From Callorhinchus milii (Eukaryota), in contig NW_024704742.1 of assembly GCF_018977255.1 (NCBI RefSeq), forward strand, positions 111,912,001 to 111,976,000: DNA of 64,000 nucleotides, given 5' to 3'. The position numbers and the translations under genes were made by a program. Numbering within the stretch: position 1 is the first letter of the stretch; every line of letters begins with the position of its first letter. The notes beneath the pieces were generated by a model that ran no database searches, was not told the DNA's origin, and was given only the letters and a program-made list of their open reading frames with translations. This document shows, one piece after another, positions 49,587 through 62,880 of this stretch.

Positions 49587-50479
49587 GTAGGATTCACTGG
49601 GTAAATGCCTTTAATGGGAGATTAGTGTCGGGGCATGACAAACCCTAGATTTGTGGGTTCCTTTTGGTTTATCATTGATATAGCTTGTGTGCCTTAAATC
49701 TATTTTTAAGAAAGTTGTTTATTACCTATTTTCACAAAATATAAGCCGAATATAAAGAGAAACAGCAGATATTTACCAAAAGCAGTTTAGTACAGTATAT
49801 ACCCGTGTTCTTTTTAAATACCAGCATTGGTAGCTGATAAAGTATAGGCATTCGCCTTCAAAACACAGTCACGACACTATATAGTATATCCTGTGAAGCT
49901 CTTTGAGACATCCTCTTGACATGAAAGGTGCTATAACAAATGGAAAGATTATTATTTTGTTATTATTATAACTCCACCAAAAAAACATACACTTTTCACT
50001 AACTTATTTTTCCCCCTTCCAATATTCTTCCCTCTGTCTTGCCTGATGGAGCTGACTGCAGAGTGCAGAATAGTTCAGTAGGTGCCAGGCATCCTCCAGT
50101 AATGGCTCACAGTGTAACCCAGACAGTGATTGTGATGAACCAGAGGTGCAAACATATGGCCCGTGGGTGATATTTGGTGACCCATCCATTCGTTTCTAAA
50201 ATTTATATATTGTACTGTAGTTTTTCTTCAAACCAACCCTCTTTTTAATATAAGACATATATTCAAACCTGTGCAATCTGCATTGCATGAGTGACATTCA
50301 CATTAAACCAATGACAACTCACATTAATACAATGTATAACTTGTTTGTATGGTGCAGCCCACCAAGTGAAAAGTGTTAACTTAAATGGCCCTTGTGGCCA
50401 GATGAGTTTGACACCCCTGCGATTGACTGTTTGATGCTGTGGAGAGAGCATAATAGATCAACCTGATTTTGTCCTCTGC

Positions 50480-50717
50480 TGCGGTCCAGCATTTTTCATC
50501 ATCATAGCTCTACGGTCATTATCTTAAGGTTGTGCAGAATTTTTAAAAATTCTTAAATGCCAACTTAATTTTGCAGCTGTTTTTCTGCACCGCGTTTTTA
50601 AGAATTGCAGAAATCAAAACGGAATGTAAGAATTTTCCAACATTCTGCCCGACATCAAATTTTAACATAACATGTAATGATGTTAACATTAAGTCCATAA
50701 GGAATTTATGGCCTTTG
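50480..50717. mobile_element. MITE-like element related to 31250-31496
   Basis: taaggttgtgcagaatttttaaaaattcttaaat and aatgtaagaattttccaacattctgc match the arms of the 31.3 kb hairpin. Confidence 0.55.
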
Positions 50718-51521
50718 ATGGGCACATCGCGTGTGCTTTCTTGCCAGATAGAGAGAGACCAGTCGTGTAATTCTGGGTGATTTTTATCCCCTCCCTAACC
50801 CAGCAATGCTGATTCTAATTATAGCATTCCTGCAGTCCCACCCCCCCCTCACCCATCCCCTCATCCCTAAAGCAGCTCAGGCTAGGGATCAAACCAAAAA
50901 TCTTCTAGGTCTGCTTGGCTCAGGGTCATACTAAGCAGTGGCTTTATCAATCAAACAATGACGAGAGCTACTGCTTTTTATTGACACGCTACAAGCTTCT
51001 AGGTCAAATTTTATTTTGCTTGTTTGGGCAAATCAATTATGGACGAATTTACAATTTACTTTCTTTCACACACTGTGCAAGCTTTGGGTGTGCCACTACA
51101 CAGGGGGGTAAGTTGCGCTGCTTGAGCCAGTTGTATTAGGTTAACCACGCTGTACAATCCCCTGGGGGCTGAGGGCAGATCACACGTTTCTGCAATCTGC
51201 CAAAGTGTCTGAACGATGTGGAGTGAGTTGTGGGTTTACAGCACATGCCTCTCATTTTTAGCACAGTTTGATTTTTTTTGTGTGAAATAAATTTACTTTT
51301 AACAACAACAACTTGCAATTATATAGCGCCCCTAATGCAAGTTAGGATCCCAGAGCACCTTGTGTAAGAAGAACTAGACATTTGTGGCAACTGTCATTTG
51401 ACAAAGAGTGAACGGGGTTAGTACTGGGACATAATGCAGTACAAGTAAACAGGAGAATTCACCCAGTGGTAGGGTTTTCAATATCGGGTTTTCAATATCC
51501 AATTCTTCTGTCCTCCTGTGT

Positions 51522-51733
51522 GGGGAAAAATTCCATCTGGGTCTCTATTTATGTAGCATTTTAAAGCTTCCAAAAATTGTCGAATTATTGAATTATTTTT
51601 TTTGTATTTCTTAAAAGAACTTAAAGAAAATCTGCTTCAAAATGAAGGCCGTATTTACAAATTAGCCAAATTCTGGACGTTCTGGCATGCTGCATAAATA
51701 GAGTAGATCGAGACTCAGGTGAAATTTCTCCCC
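51522..51733. mobile_element. Imperfect palindromic element (MITE-like)
   Basis: ctctatttatgtagcat / atgctgcataaatagag (16/17 complementary), plus outer aaattccatctgggtctc / gagactcaggtgaaattt. Confidence 0.45.
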
Positions 51734-51782
51734 GCATTAATAGTCTTTTTGTCATCAGATGCAGATGAGTTATAAATTGTGC

Positions 51783-51799
51783 TGCTGCCCTCTAGTGCT
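51783..51799 (-). promoter_or_regulatory. Candidate CTCF site
   Basis: TGCTGCCCTCTAGTGCT resembles the reverse-strand CTCF core GCGCCCTCTAGTGG. Motif evidence only. Confidence 0.4.
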
Positions 51800-52323
51800 C
51801 CCATTGTTTTCAATCGGGAAATACGTTCACATGTTACATTTAGAGAACTGCATATGTAAGGAATTAGAAGACAATAACATTGCTGCAGGGACCAACTTTA
51901 CCTCAGTGAGAGAGGTTGATTAGTTTATATGGACAGACATGAACTCCACAATTGTAAGATTGCATTTAACTATTATTCCCAATAATACTTAACATAAATG
52001 TTCTATTGTGGAACTTAAAATTTCAGGCGAGTTACTGTTTCTCATAGAAATCTCAAATTGTTGTGAAAGGGGCCAGTGAATGTATATTATAAGTCTTTGT
52101 TACATTAAAATGATTGCGTTGTGACTGCACGCCTGGAAAAGTGTTTACATGGTCATTTGTTTTTGTTGGGTTCATTGCCTTGTTGATTGTAAAATGGCAA
52201 ACTACAGAATATGACCCTGGTCATTGTACGATATAGTGTGTGTTGCTGCACTCACAGTGTTCAGCTTATATCTACTGTCTAAATGTCATTGATGCTAATC
52301 AGATTTTGTGCTCTTGTTTTTAG

Positions 52324-52374
52324 GTGGCCTCTTGGGTGGGGACCTCACAACAACTGGTGCAGGCACCAGTGCAG
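52324..52374 (+). CDS. MEF2C: MEF2C small exon (G-GLLGGDLTTTGAGTSA-G)
   Basis: ttttag|GT acceptor and G|gtacgt donor. 51 bp, phase 1/1, compatible with the previous exon. Resembles MEF2C GGLMGGDLTSGAGTSAG. Confidence 0.93.
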
Positions 52375-54633
52375 GTACGTCACCCAGCAGAATGTTGAAA
52401 TACTTGATGCATCTGAAAGCTGTCATGTTTATCAGTAGCAAGATTTTTATTCTTTAAAAAAGAAATGTGCGAAGTTACTATTCATACCACTTCATGTTTT
52501 GGAATCGTGTGATGTGTGGAGTGCAGTGACACAGTATATCGGAGTAATAATTCATTGGCAGGATAGCATACTCATACTGGATACTAGTCTGATCTGCACT
52601 CTGCAGACTTACTGATCTAGCTATATCCGGGCAAAGAGCCATGAAATGAAGGTCAGGCAGAGCTCTCAAGTTTCACTCATTTCGTACAGGGCTTTATTAT
52701 TTTCTTTTTAAGAGTACAACCTATTTTTGCAGATCTTGCTCTGAAAAATAAAAACAAGGGGCAATTCTTTGAATGTCAGCAAATGTACGGATAATGACAA
52801 GCATTAACATCTTATTCTCTGCTGCTCTGCAGTAATTCTGACCTTTGGGGATCAATCCTACAGCTCCATATCTCTAAACAAGTTTAAACCTGTCTCAATT
52901 TTCTCAATCATAAATATCACTCCTTGACGTTGACAGCTTAGAGCACCTCCCTTATACAGTAAGTGTCCCTTAGCCATTCCTTTTCATGCCTTCTGAGGTG
53001 TAGAGTTTGATCGCAGCTAATAGCTCATTCCTTTCCGGGATAGAGAAACGTTGGTAGTGGTGGGGTAGGGGGTGGGGAGGGAGCAGAGCACCCACTTGTT
53101 CTCTTAGCTGTAGGTGAGAGAAAAGTATGAAGAAAAAATATTGGAAGAAAATTATTCAGAAACACTGCATGATGTTTTAAAATGTAAGATCCATTGACAG
53201 CTTATCTGTAGAATTTAGATTTAGTTTTAACGTAGAGAAAAACAGCTGCAAGTTTGCATTGTGAAATGGTATTTGTGCTGTAAACTGTGGGTGGTGTTTT
53301 CTTGCCTTTACTACAAAAGTTCACATGTATTGTCTACAGTCCTATGCCATGGAATATAAAGAACCATAGAAATGAATTGTGAATACCAGCCAAAGAAAAC
53401 AATAGGTTTATACGAGTGTATTTTGTTAACAAATATTGGCTTGACAAACAGTTACATTTTTAGTTCACAGTGGATTTTATGTTGGTTGAAACCGATAAAG
53501 GCTGTTCAAGCCTCTGACATTTAGCAATGTTTCTAAAGGAAGGGATTTCCTACACTGCAGGTTGCAGAAATATTCTTGTTCTGGCCACTAGTACGAAGCC
53601 CATTTGTTGTTGTAAAATTCATCCACAAGCAATGGGTAAACTTTTACTAACAATAAAAGTAGTCACGTGGGACCAGTATAGACATGGAAAATAAAGCAAA
53701 AAAGATCTTTAGAGAGACTGCTTTTATTGACGGTTATCACACAATTATCTGGAAAAGAAAAGTCTTTTTGTAAAATCTGGTCCCCGGCATGTTGCCTAGT
53801 CATATGAACGCTCGCTGCTTGTAAAACTATGCTCATTGCCTGAAGTGTCAAAGGACATACAAAACAGGGCAGGAAGGTCAATAGTGGACTTAACTGTCTT
53901 GTCCTGATGTCATATTCAGGGAATGTAAGTAATTCAAATAGCTCTCTGTCCATGGGGTATTCAGTAATAAACATGAAAAGTCCTCTTTGTTCTTCATTTG
54001 CTTTTTCAAAACAGAGGATTCTCTGTAGTTGCTGCTTGCCCTTAAAATCCAGTAACAAGTAAAATCACATGAAACAACCTTTTGAGCTACATATTTTGTC
54101 TCTCTTGAAAGGCAGTTGAGGGAATTTGCCGCTTTTGGGCAATGGAAAATCAAGAATCCATTTAAAGAATGTTGTTCAAATTAATATTTTATTGCTAATT
54201 CCTACTGTATGTTGGCAGTCTGTGCAGAAGAAACCATTTCCTTTGGCTTTTCTAACTGCAGCCTCAGAAAGTAGGCTCGTTCAGTTTCTGGCAGGTCACA
54301 TGTCACTCTGCAAGCTCAAAATTTTTTAGTGAGATAGAAAATTGAACTTTTTCCTAAATCACCCTATCTTCTTCAAACTGCAGTGGGATCTAAAGTTCAA
54401 CATGTGATATGTGAGGAGATGATAATCACATTACCAAAAACTGGTCACAGGTGTCATTGTGAACAGCTTTGAGGTGCCTTCTGACATGAGAGATGTTATA
54501 CAAATGCAATTTTTTTGTTATAGATATTTAATCAAATTGAACAGCGGTAGTAATTTGAGTATGAGGCAGGGCTGCAATGGCTCAAATTAGAGCTAGGCCA
54601 TTTAAGAGAGAACTATTATTTTACGTAAGGTAT

Positions 54634-55652
54634 CAACAACAACAACTTGGATTTATATAGCGCCCTCCACGCCGGACGGCGTCTCAGAGCGCTTCACAGT
54701 AACGGATCCCGGGGCCGAGCCAGGGGGAGGGGGAGGAAGGTGACCAAAGGCGTGTTCGAAAAGAAAGGTCTTCAGCAGAGACATGAAAATAGGAAGAGAG
54801 AGGGGGCGAGGCGAAGGGATTGAGGAAGGGAGTTCCAGAGCCTCGGGGCATAGTAGCTGAAGGCATGGCCACCGAGGGTGGAGCAGAGGACTCGGGGGAC
54901 AAGGAGGAGGCCAGACCCGGAGGAACGAAGGCAACGGGTACTGTTTTGAGGAAAGAGAAAGTCAGGGAGGTAGGGGCGCGGAGGAGTGGAGGGATTTGAA
55001 GACAAGGGTGAGGATCTTGAAATCGATTCTCTCTGGGACGGGCAGCCAGTTCAGTCTGGCGAGGACTGGGGTAATCAGGGAACAGAGTTTGGTGCGGGTG
55101 ACAATGCGGGCTGCAGAGTTTTGAATAATCTGGATTTTATGGATGGTAGTGGAGTGGAGGCCGGTGAGGAGGGCGTTTGAATAGTCCAGCCGAGAAGTGA
55201 CAAGGGCATGGACCAGGGTTTCAGCCGCTTTTGGAGTGAGGTATTTGTGGAGATGGGCGATGAGTCGGAGGTGGAAGAAGGCGGTGCTGGTGAGGGACCG
55301 GATGTGGGGGAGGAAGGCTAGTTAGGGGTTGAACCTGACGCCTAGGTTACGTACAGGTTCGAAGAGTTTTAGGAGGAGGTCGGGTAGGTGGAGGAGGTGA
55401 GAACCGTGAGATTTTAGACGTTGACGAGAGCCGAAGAGAATGGTTTCCGTCTTGTCAATGTTCAGCTGAAGGAAATTTGCGCTCATCCAGCCCCTGAGGT
55501 CTGACAGGCAGGCTGACAGAACATCAGGGGATTGGGGGTCGCAAAGAGAGGTGGAAAAATAGAGTTGGGTGTCGTCCGCATACATGTGGAAGTGTACCCC
55601 ATGTCTGCAGATGTCATCCCTAAGAGGGAGCATGTAGATTAAAAAGAGGAGG
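54634..55652 (-). mobile_element. L2 LINE 3' fragment (RT C-terminal half and tail)
   Basis: Minus-strand ORFs with [44 protein letters not shown], plus a (TTG)n tail. Confidence 0.93.
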
Positions 55653-55822
55653 GATATGGAGCAAAGGTGCGTAAATGGAGTTGAGGTACAGATCAGCTAT
55701 GAGCTAAAAGAATAGCGGATCAGGCTCAAGGGGCTGAATGGCCAGCGCCTTGGGACGTCCTCCCGACGTGAAAGGCGCTCTATAAATGAAATCTTGTTGT
55801 TGTTGTTGTTCTCTTATTCCTA
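55651..55822 (+). mobile_element. CR1 3' UTR remnant, split by the L2 tail
   Basis: ggagttgaggtacagatcagctatg...caggctcaaggggctgaatggcc ... ctcttattccta resembles recalled chondrichthyan CR1 3' ends. Confidence 0.65.
55743..55810 (+). mobile_element. Isolated L2 3' tail inserted into a CR1 3' UTR
   Basis: Nearly identical to 35701-35770 (cagcgccttgggacgtcctcccgacgtgaaaggcgctctataaatg..tcttgttgttg). Confidence 0.85.
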
Positions 55823-55829
55823 AAGGTGC

Positions 55830-56137
55830 TATAATAATCTTTGCATTGATATAGTGCTTTTCATGTCTTCAAGACGCCTTAACGTGCTCACAGAATATAC
55901 TGTAAAGTGAATTGACTGTATATTTGTGGGTGAACCGCGGCAGCCAATTGGGCACAGTAGTGTCCCACAAACAGTCGTGGATATAAGTGACCAATTTATT
56001 ATTGTTTTTTTCTTCTTGAGGGATTATTATCAGGTGTGTGCAGTAAGGAAACTTGCCCAAGGTATCGTCCTGCCGGGAATCTAACCGAGGTCTCTCGCTT
56101 GCGAGGCGAGTGCTCTAACCACTGAGCTACAGGACTC
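55830..56137 (-). mobile_element. Full-length tRNA-SINE
   Basis: Colinear with 6534-6859. Confidence 0.9.
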
Positions 56138-56969
56138 TACTAGGTGTGACAATACATAGCAAATTAGGACCAGGAGAAAGCTATTCAGCCCACCAAGCCC
56201 ACTCTGCCACAGACAATTCACTTGCCTGATACTCTCCTAATCCCATCTTCCCACCATATCCTTAATATTTTTTCCTACCATTTGTTCACTTCACTTTACC
56301 ACTTTACTATACTTTACTATTACACTGAGCCATTAACACCCAGCCCGAGAAACAAAGTAAAACCTGCGGAGCTATAATAACCAATAGATTTAATTTGTCT
56401 GGGCTAGACTCAAACACAACCACCGGGAGATTTTGGTGGCAATTTATTAATATATGCACCTTTTCTTGTACAAGGGAGACCTTTATTTTTCCCAATGTCT
56501 CTACAAAATAAAAGTTTTGTTCTGCGTGGTCGGTAGCCCTCAACCATCTTAACTTGTGGTCAGTCAATGGTAACGCCCCATAAGTTAATGGCGCCTTAGG
56601 CCACAGTGGTTAGAGTGCACTGAACTCTAACAGCCTTTAAATACCATCTCATTTTGGTTTTCACAATACACTGTTCAGGCCCCAAGTCATATTTTGAGAT
56701 GAAAACAGCACAAATACACTTTGTATAAATTACTAGGTATAAAAGAATATTGTGTGCGTGGCAGGGAGGATACTGTCTCCTCAAGAGTTGTTTTAGCGCA
56801 TGTAAAAATATAACCATCTCTTTGCTGAAATTAATCTGAATAATTATATCAGTATAGTAGACAGCAGGCAGAGAGATTCAATGCTGTATTTCATCCAAGA
56901 GGTTCAAATGATAGTTTGTATAGTAAAGCTTCAGAACTTTGTGAATGGCATTTGAGCCCTGAAATTACG

Positions 56970-57170
56970 TAGAACATAGGAATGTACAAGACCGGGAAAA
57001 AAATCATTGCAGTCCATCTGACCAGTCCCAAAGTAAAAATAATATATATATAAAAAAATCCTACACTCTATCTCTCAAAGTGATTTAATTACGATACCCT
57101 CTTGAATTTGCTGGAACAATCTACCTCCATCACCTGCCTGGGTGGTCTATTCTGTGTCGTCACTATTCAT
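56970..57170 (-). mobile_element. CR1 3' end fragment
   Basis: tagaacataggaa...gtccatctgaccagtcc and ctccatcacctgcctggg...ctattc resemble the reverse complement of CR1 ends. Confidence 0.45.
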
Positions 57171-57489
57171 AAATTGAGCTGCAGACATCAGTTTACCAAC
57201 CAAGCTATCTTGTTTGAACAAAAATGGATGTGTTGATTTAGGTTGAAATGTTCTCCCTGTGTTTGGCTTGGCAATGAGTAAGGCGGAGAGAGGGTAAGTT
57301 AGTAAGTCTTGGATACAAGGTTAGATAAGTCATTTTAAACATTTAAACTGAAGGTGTACAGCAACGCGCAAACAAGTCTTTTCAGAAACAGGTCGCTACA
57401 TTATTATATGTGCAACATAAAATTGCTGAGTAAAGACAGAGAACCCACAACTCAGAGAATGCTTGCCTTAGATTTCCGTACGTTTGCAA

Positions 57490-57868
57490 GTGGCTAAACC
57501 ATCCCATATTGTGGTGCTGAGGTATCTAAAGTAGAAAGGACCCAGTTTGATGTGTCCTAGCTTGTCTGCATCACCCAGGGTGACAGTTCAGATGCTACAA
57601 TCAATCTTAGTTTATCTGGGCTATGGAGAGAAAGATTTGGTCAGGTCCACTTCTGATCAATGTTGAGTGGTTCCTACAGGAAAGAGCATGTGCGTGAGCG
57701 CCAGATGAAGAAAGGGTTGATCTTAGGCAAATCACCCGTCTGCAGTCATTGTGCAGGTTTGATGAAGAATAGCCGCTTGATTGAGGTACCAGAGGTTGCA
57801 AACATCTGTGGAACTGTACCACAGCATGAATCACTACCTTCAGGAGAGGAGAATAAGGGAGAAAATTC
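57490..57868 (+). mobile_element. LF-SINE-like element
   Basis: atgaagaatagccgcttgattgaggtaccagagg...tgtggaactgtaccacagcatgaatcactaccttcaggagaggag. Confidence 0.65.
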
Positions 57869-58249
57869 AAGGAGAAAAGAAAATAGTCCAGACTGATAGC
57901 CACTGCTGGCTCAGGAACAAGTAAAATTGAAAAGATCTCAAGGTTTCAATACTCTAATTTGGGGTTCGCTTACATGATTTGAGATATAATCTGAATGCCA
58001 CAGTTATATGACAACTGTTATTCATATTTATTCTCTCTCAATGTATACTCATGCTGTGCAATATATTTTAAGCCAAAGAGGGAGAAATTAGTTTAGGAAA
58101 ATATTTTTCCCAAATCTTGAAATGAACAAAGCTTCTTTCAATCCCCATAATTGCAACATAGCTGTTTTGCAGCATGGATTTTACAGACAGATATATTTCT
58201 AACATTGGCTTATGATCTCAAGCTATGTGGCCAGTGAGTAGAATACGGG

Positions 58250-58440
58250 AGATTAACAGCATTGAAAGGGATCAGGACAAGTTAAGTGACTGAACTAAGA
58301 AATAACAGATGAATTTTACTGTGAGACTATTTTTTGCATGAAACAGGGGGGAAACAATGGATGGGAAAAGGATTTGGGTGTGATTGGTGGTGTAATTGTG
58401 GCAATAAAATGCTCAAAGCATTCGCAAATCTTGTATCCTG
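58250..58440 (+). mobile_element. Highly degraded CR1 RT fragment
   Basis: Remnants of RD.D.L..W...QM.F and EKDLGV motifs, with stop codons. Confidence 0.45.
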
Positions 58441-59200
58441 CCAGTAACCGAGTATGTGTTGCATGAACCATCAGGAACTCTGCTCTGGCACATCCAGAAA
58501 TAGATTTTGCTGAAGCAGAGTTCCCATGAATTGGTGATACACATTCAGTTTAGGCAAAATTTAAGATTTATCGCTCACGTTACAAAACCCAAAATTCCAA
58601 CCCCTCTGTTAAACATTTATTGGATATTTGCTGTCAACTTAAAGTTGTTAGTGATAAACACGATAATGAAGTACTAAGATGAATCTAACGGCAATTTGAT
58701 TTTATGGCAAAATAAATTATAATTTCTTAACATTCTAAAACTTATTTAGAACAACCAGTCTACAAGAAAATTTAGTTGTGTTTGAAAGGGAAGAGAGTTG
58801 TGATTAAAGAAATGGAAGGCATGAATTCAAAATTGACAACCATCCACCAAAATTAGAGATTAGAAGAAATATTATTTCCTTACTAAGTAATAGATTGAAG
58901 GCTAACAGGACAGATGTAGATAAATCAAATTAGCTATGGAACACAATGGTTCAATAGACAATAGACAAGTCATCTCAAGAATGCATCTGGCTAGTTGAAT
59001 GGTATTGACTGTAAATTTGGATCAAAAGAATGTACATATCCAATGTCCTGAAAGGGTTTCTTATCAAAAGCTTTTTCTTATTTCCATTCAATATTTTGCC
59101 CAATTGCCTGAGAAGTATAAATGACTAAATTTTAACTGTGGCACCTAACAGCAAAGTGAGGGTAAAATTAACTTTATAATGGTGCTTTATTTATGAACAC

Positions 59201-59387
59201 ATAATAATAATAATTCTTGCATTTGATATGGCGCCTTATCACGTCTTCTAGAGTTCTCAAAGCACTCCACAAAATATACTGTAAAGTAAATTGACTGTAT
59301 GCTTTGTGGGCGAAAAGCCATGGCCAACTGTGCACAGCAGTGTCCCACAAACAGTCGTGGATTAAGTGTACAAATTATTATTATTAT
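59201..59387 (-). mobile_element. SINE 3' half
   Basis: Tail plus the cacagcagtgtcccacaaacagtcgtgg body. Confidence 0.8.
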
Positions 59388-60849
59388 AAACGATGATTTT
59401 TTAAAAATATGCTATTGCCTTGAACAATTGAATATGCAATATTTCTGGGTATTGTGTAAATTTCTTTTATATCAATGATTGTTAATATTAGTCTGGAGGC
59501 ATAGCAAATCAGACAGACACTCTCAGCATAGTTATTTAAAACCAATCATAATTTTTTTCTCTCTTTTTTAATGCTTGTCTGCTGCTCAGACCTAATCTCC
59601 CCGCGCAGAGGCAGTCAGTGGTAAATATGAAAGGCGGTAGCTCAGGCAAATGTTCTTTGACAGATTCTGAAGTGCCAGTTTCAGCAATGTACTGCTGTCC
59701 TTCCAGCACTCCGAGACATTATCCCATGTGAAAGACACGATAAAAATTGCAAGTTTTTGTTGCATAACACATTTATTCTGAGCAATCATTAGATGATCAA
59801 AATAGATATGGAGCGACTCTGTCTGACTGCTGGGTATTTATAGAATGTTAATATAGTACAGTAATCACAAATTTGTTTTGATTTATTTTTACTTTTCTTC
59901 ACATTGCTATTGTGGGATTGAAAACCTTGATAATCTATAAATTGAACATTCGTTTGTCCCAAAACTACAAGTTAGAGTAGGTTTTCCATAGCATTTGGGA
60001 TATTTCCTATAGTGAGAATCCTGAAACAGTAGCAGATTATGGTGTATGCATACTTCGCCCCCGCTGTATATCCATAAAAGTGTCAGTTACTTGGCTGATA
60101 GTACAGTTATTCATCAGTCAGTTGAAATCTATGGGAGCCTTTAATCGTCTGTTTCAGTGAAGCTTCGTTGGCACATAACACAATACATTGTGCTAAATTC
60201 AGAATGCCCACCTGGGTTTACTGTGGATCAAGAGCATATCTGGGATGGTTCAGTTACGCATTTCTAACCTGAGTGGGCGAAAGCAATAGTCATTTATATG
60301 TGGTTACAGCTAAATATAGCATTTGGATGATGAGAATAATAAGTCTTGATACAATTTGCTTATTTTGTGAATGAGAAATATTATAAATAAAGTAGTGATC
60401 CTGCACAGACAGATCAACAGTAAGTACCAGTCACCAGCACACATAAGACAAGATAGAAACTGCCATCTTTATCTTCACTCTCTATCTCTCTGTAACTCTT
60501 CAAACTAACATTGTGATCTAGAATGTTTCTTCAAAGGGATAGGGCTATAGCCATACATGGAATTGATGTTTATTTTTAAAGATATATTTTGTATTTATTA
60601 AAATAAACTTATTGTCTATATTAGTTGGTATATTACAGATGACTACCATACAGACACACATCTCATGATTTCGAGCCTCGTGGTTGCTAGTGCTGAGGAG
60701 AAAGCTGTAGTGCCCCTTGGTTAATGCATGCTCCAGTAACTACTTTTGACCTTCAAGGGGTGACTCGCCCTACAGTATTTCTTCAGTTGTCCGGGAACCT
60801 GATCTCCATTTCACACTTTCCCAGCATGACATTCTTATGTTTCTTATGT

Positions 60850-61032
60850 TCTTATAAGTGTTGATACTTTCAAACACAGATGAGATAGTTTTCTTTTAGG
60901 AAATAACATTATGGGATATAGTGCAAAGGTAGTTCGGGACATATGTGTATGCGACCACCGGGAAGGTGGAAGTCGAACTAGATGGACCTTGGTCTTTTTT
61001 CGTCTAGCATTTCTTATGCTTATGTTCTTATG
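60850..61032 (+). mobile_element. CR1 3' end with (TTCTTATG)n tail
   Basis: gaactagatggaccttggtcttttttcgtctagc hairpin followed by ttcttatg repeats. Similar repeats also lie just upstream. Confidence 0.65.
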
Positions 61033-62397
61033 ACATGGCTGATACTAGGTCACAGTGTCGGGAACCATAAGATACAAGTCCAAGTTGTACACTGTCACAC
61101 AATATATTCGACAAATCTATTGTATAGTTGTGCTTTACTATGTGGAATAGAACATTGAGATCATACTAGACCACAAAAAAAAACACATGATCTGATAAGC
61201 CACATCAGTAGACATGTATATCTATTCCAGTGATTGAAACTGATTTTTTTCCCCCAAGAAAGAAAAAGTATATTTGCATCTTATTGTCTTGACCAAATGA
61301 TCGTCCAGATTAATGGTGAGTAAGATTTAGAAAAATACTTTTTATTCAATGCTTTTCCTCCCTCCGCCCATCATTGCTATCAGATATTGTAGCTATAATT
61401 TATGCAGAAAGAAAACAACATTACATTCATTTTTTTACAAATTTTGTGTCTAGAAAAGGTTTAGATGGCAATTCCTCCACTAGTCAGTAAATGTATGGAG
61501 CATGGTGATTTGAGTTTATAATGGGATTTACCAACGACTAGAAAATAATCCACTTTCGTTTATTCTCAATCTTGCATTTTAGTAAAATAAATTCCCTGTT
61601 ATGTTTCCCAGAGGCTTGTGAGCAGAGTTTTTTTAAACCCTGTCAGTTGCAGAATATTTCCAAACTGAAAAATCAACACTTCTGCTGATGGATGTTTTTG
61701 GTGAGAAAGGAGAATAGTTCTTTTGTGTTGTGTGCCCACACCCAATCACATAGGGTCTTCACAGCCCAAAACAAGAGGGTAATTTCATCTCATCCATTCC
61801 AACAGGATCCAAATCTAATACCGCACTGTGATACCCAGTCCTTTTTTAGAGGGTGGGGGCGAGGGAGGAAGCATGGTATCAAAAGGATTGTACTTCATCT
61901 AGTGCCTATGTAATGTACACAAAGTTTGCTTTTGTTGCATTCCTGATGCTTATATTTACTTTGTTTTATTTGATCTCAACTCCTTGCATGTGCTACTCAT
62001 CTTTTGTTCCATCTGTTAGCTCTCTGCTTTGATTCTTAGCATGTGCTATCTTCTTTACCCTTAACAATATATGTGAATGTTGTAGATGTTGGAGGGGGCG
62101 AGAAAAGTGGAGAATAGTATAAATAAAATAAATAAATAATCCTTACATTTGGTTTGGCCCCTTTCATGTCAGGAGGATGTCTCAACTGCTTCAAAGAAGT
62201 TACTGTTAAGGGCAATGAGTGTGTATTTTGTAGGTGAATGATAACAAAACAGATAGAAATAAAGCAAAAGAAAGTTAAGAAAAAATGATCGTTGATGAAA
62301 GATTAGCAGAAAAGAGCATAAAATGTTAAATAATACAAGAAAAGATATGAGGATACAAAACAGACAACAGCTTGAACTTATGTAGCACAAATGTATC

Positions 62398-62570
62398 TAA
62401 TCATTCCTCATAGTTCATCCCTCTAATGTTGGGGATTAGTCTTGTTTGTTTCCTTCGTTCTGCCTTTCGGACTTGGTTAGTCTCCTTATGTCTTTGTGAA
62501 TGGAACTGTATGCATTTCTCTAGGTGTGGGTGGGACCAAACCAGAGTACTGTACAGCTCGAGCGTGACTT
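62398..62570 (-). mobile_element. CR1 ORF2 fragment
   Basis: LYSTLV..PHLEKCIQF...TRLIPNIRGMNYEE, the degenerate CR1 'LVRPHLEYCVQFW...YEERL' motif. Confidence 0.75.
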
Positions 62571-62669
62571 CTTTCAACAACAACAAGTTGCATTTATATG
62601 GCGCCTTTCACATAGGATGAGCATCTCAAATCACAAAACAAAAGGCATATTTATTTTGGAAGCCATGAA

Positions 62670-62880
62670 AGACTTATAAAGAAAGTACAGCACGAACAGG
62701 TCACTTAGCCCAACCAGTGCATGCCAGTGTTTATACTATACTTGCCTGAGTCTCCACCCACTCCTTACTCCCTCCCATATCCTTCTTTTCCCCTTTCTCT
62801 CTTTCCTCTTGAATGCATCCATACACTCTGATTCAACCACCGCTTCAGGCAGCGAGGTCCACATCTTTTACCTCTTTTAC
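62670..62880 (-). mobile_element. CR1 3' end fragment
   Basis: acagcacgaacaggtcacttagcccaaccagtgcatgcc resembles the reverse complement of a shark-type CR1 3' UTR. Confidence 0.5.
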
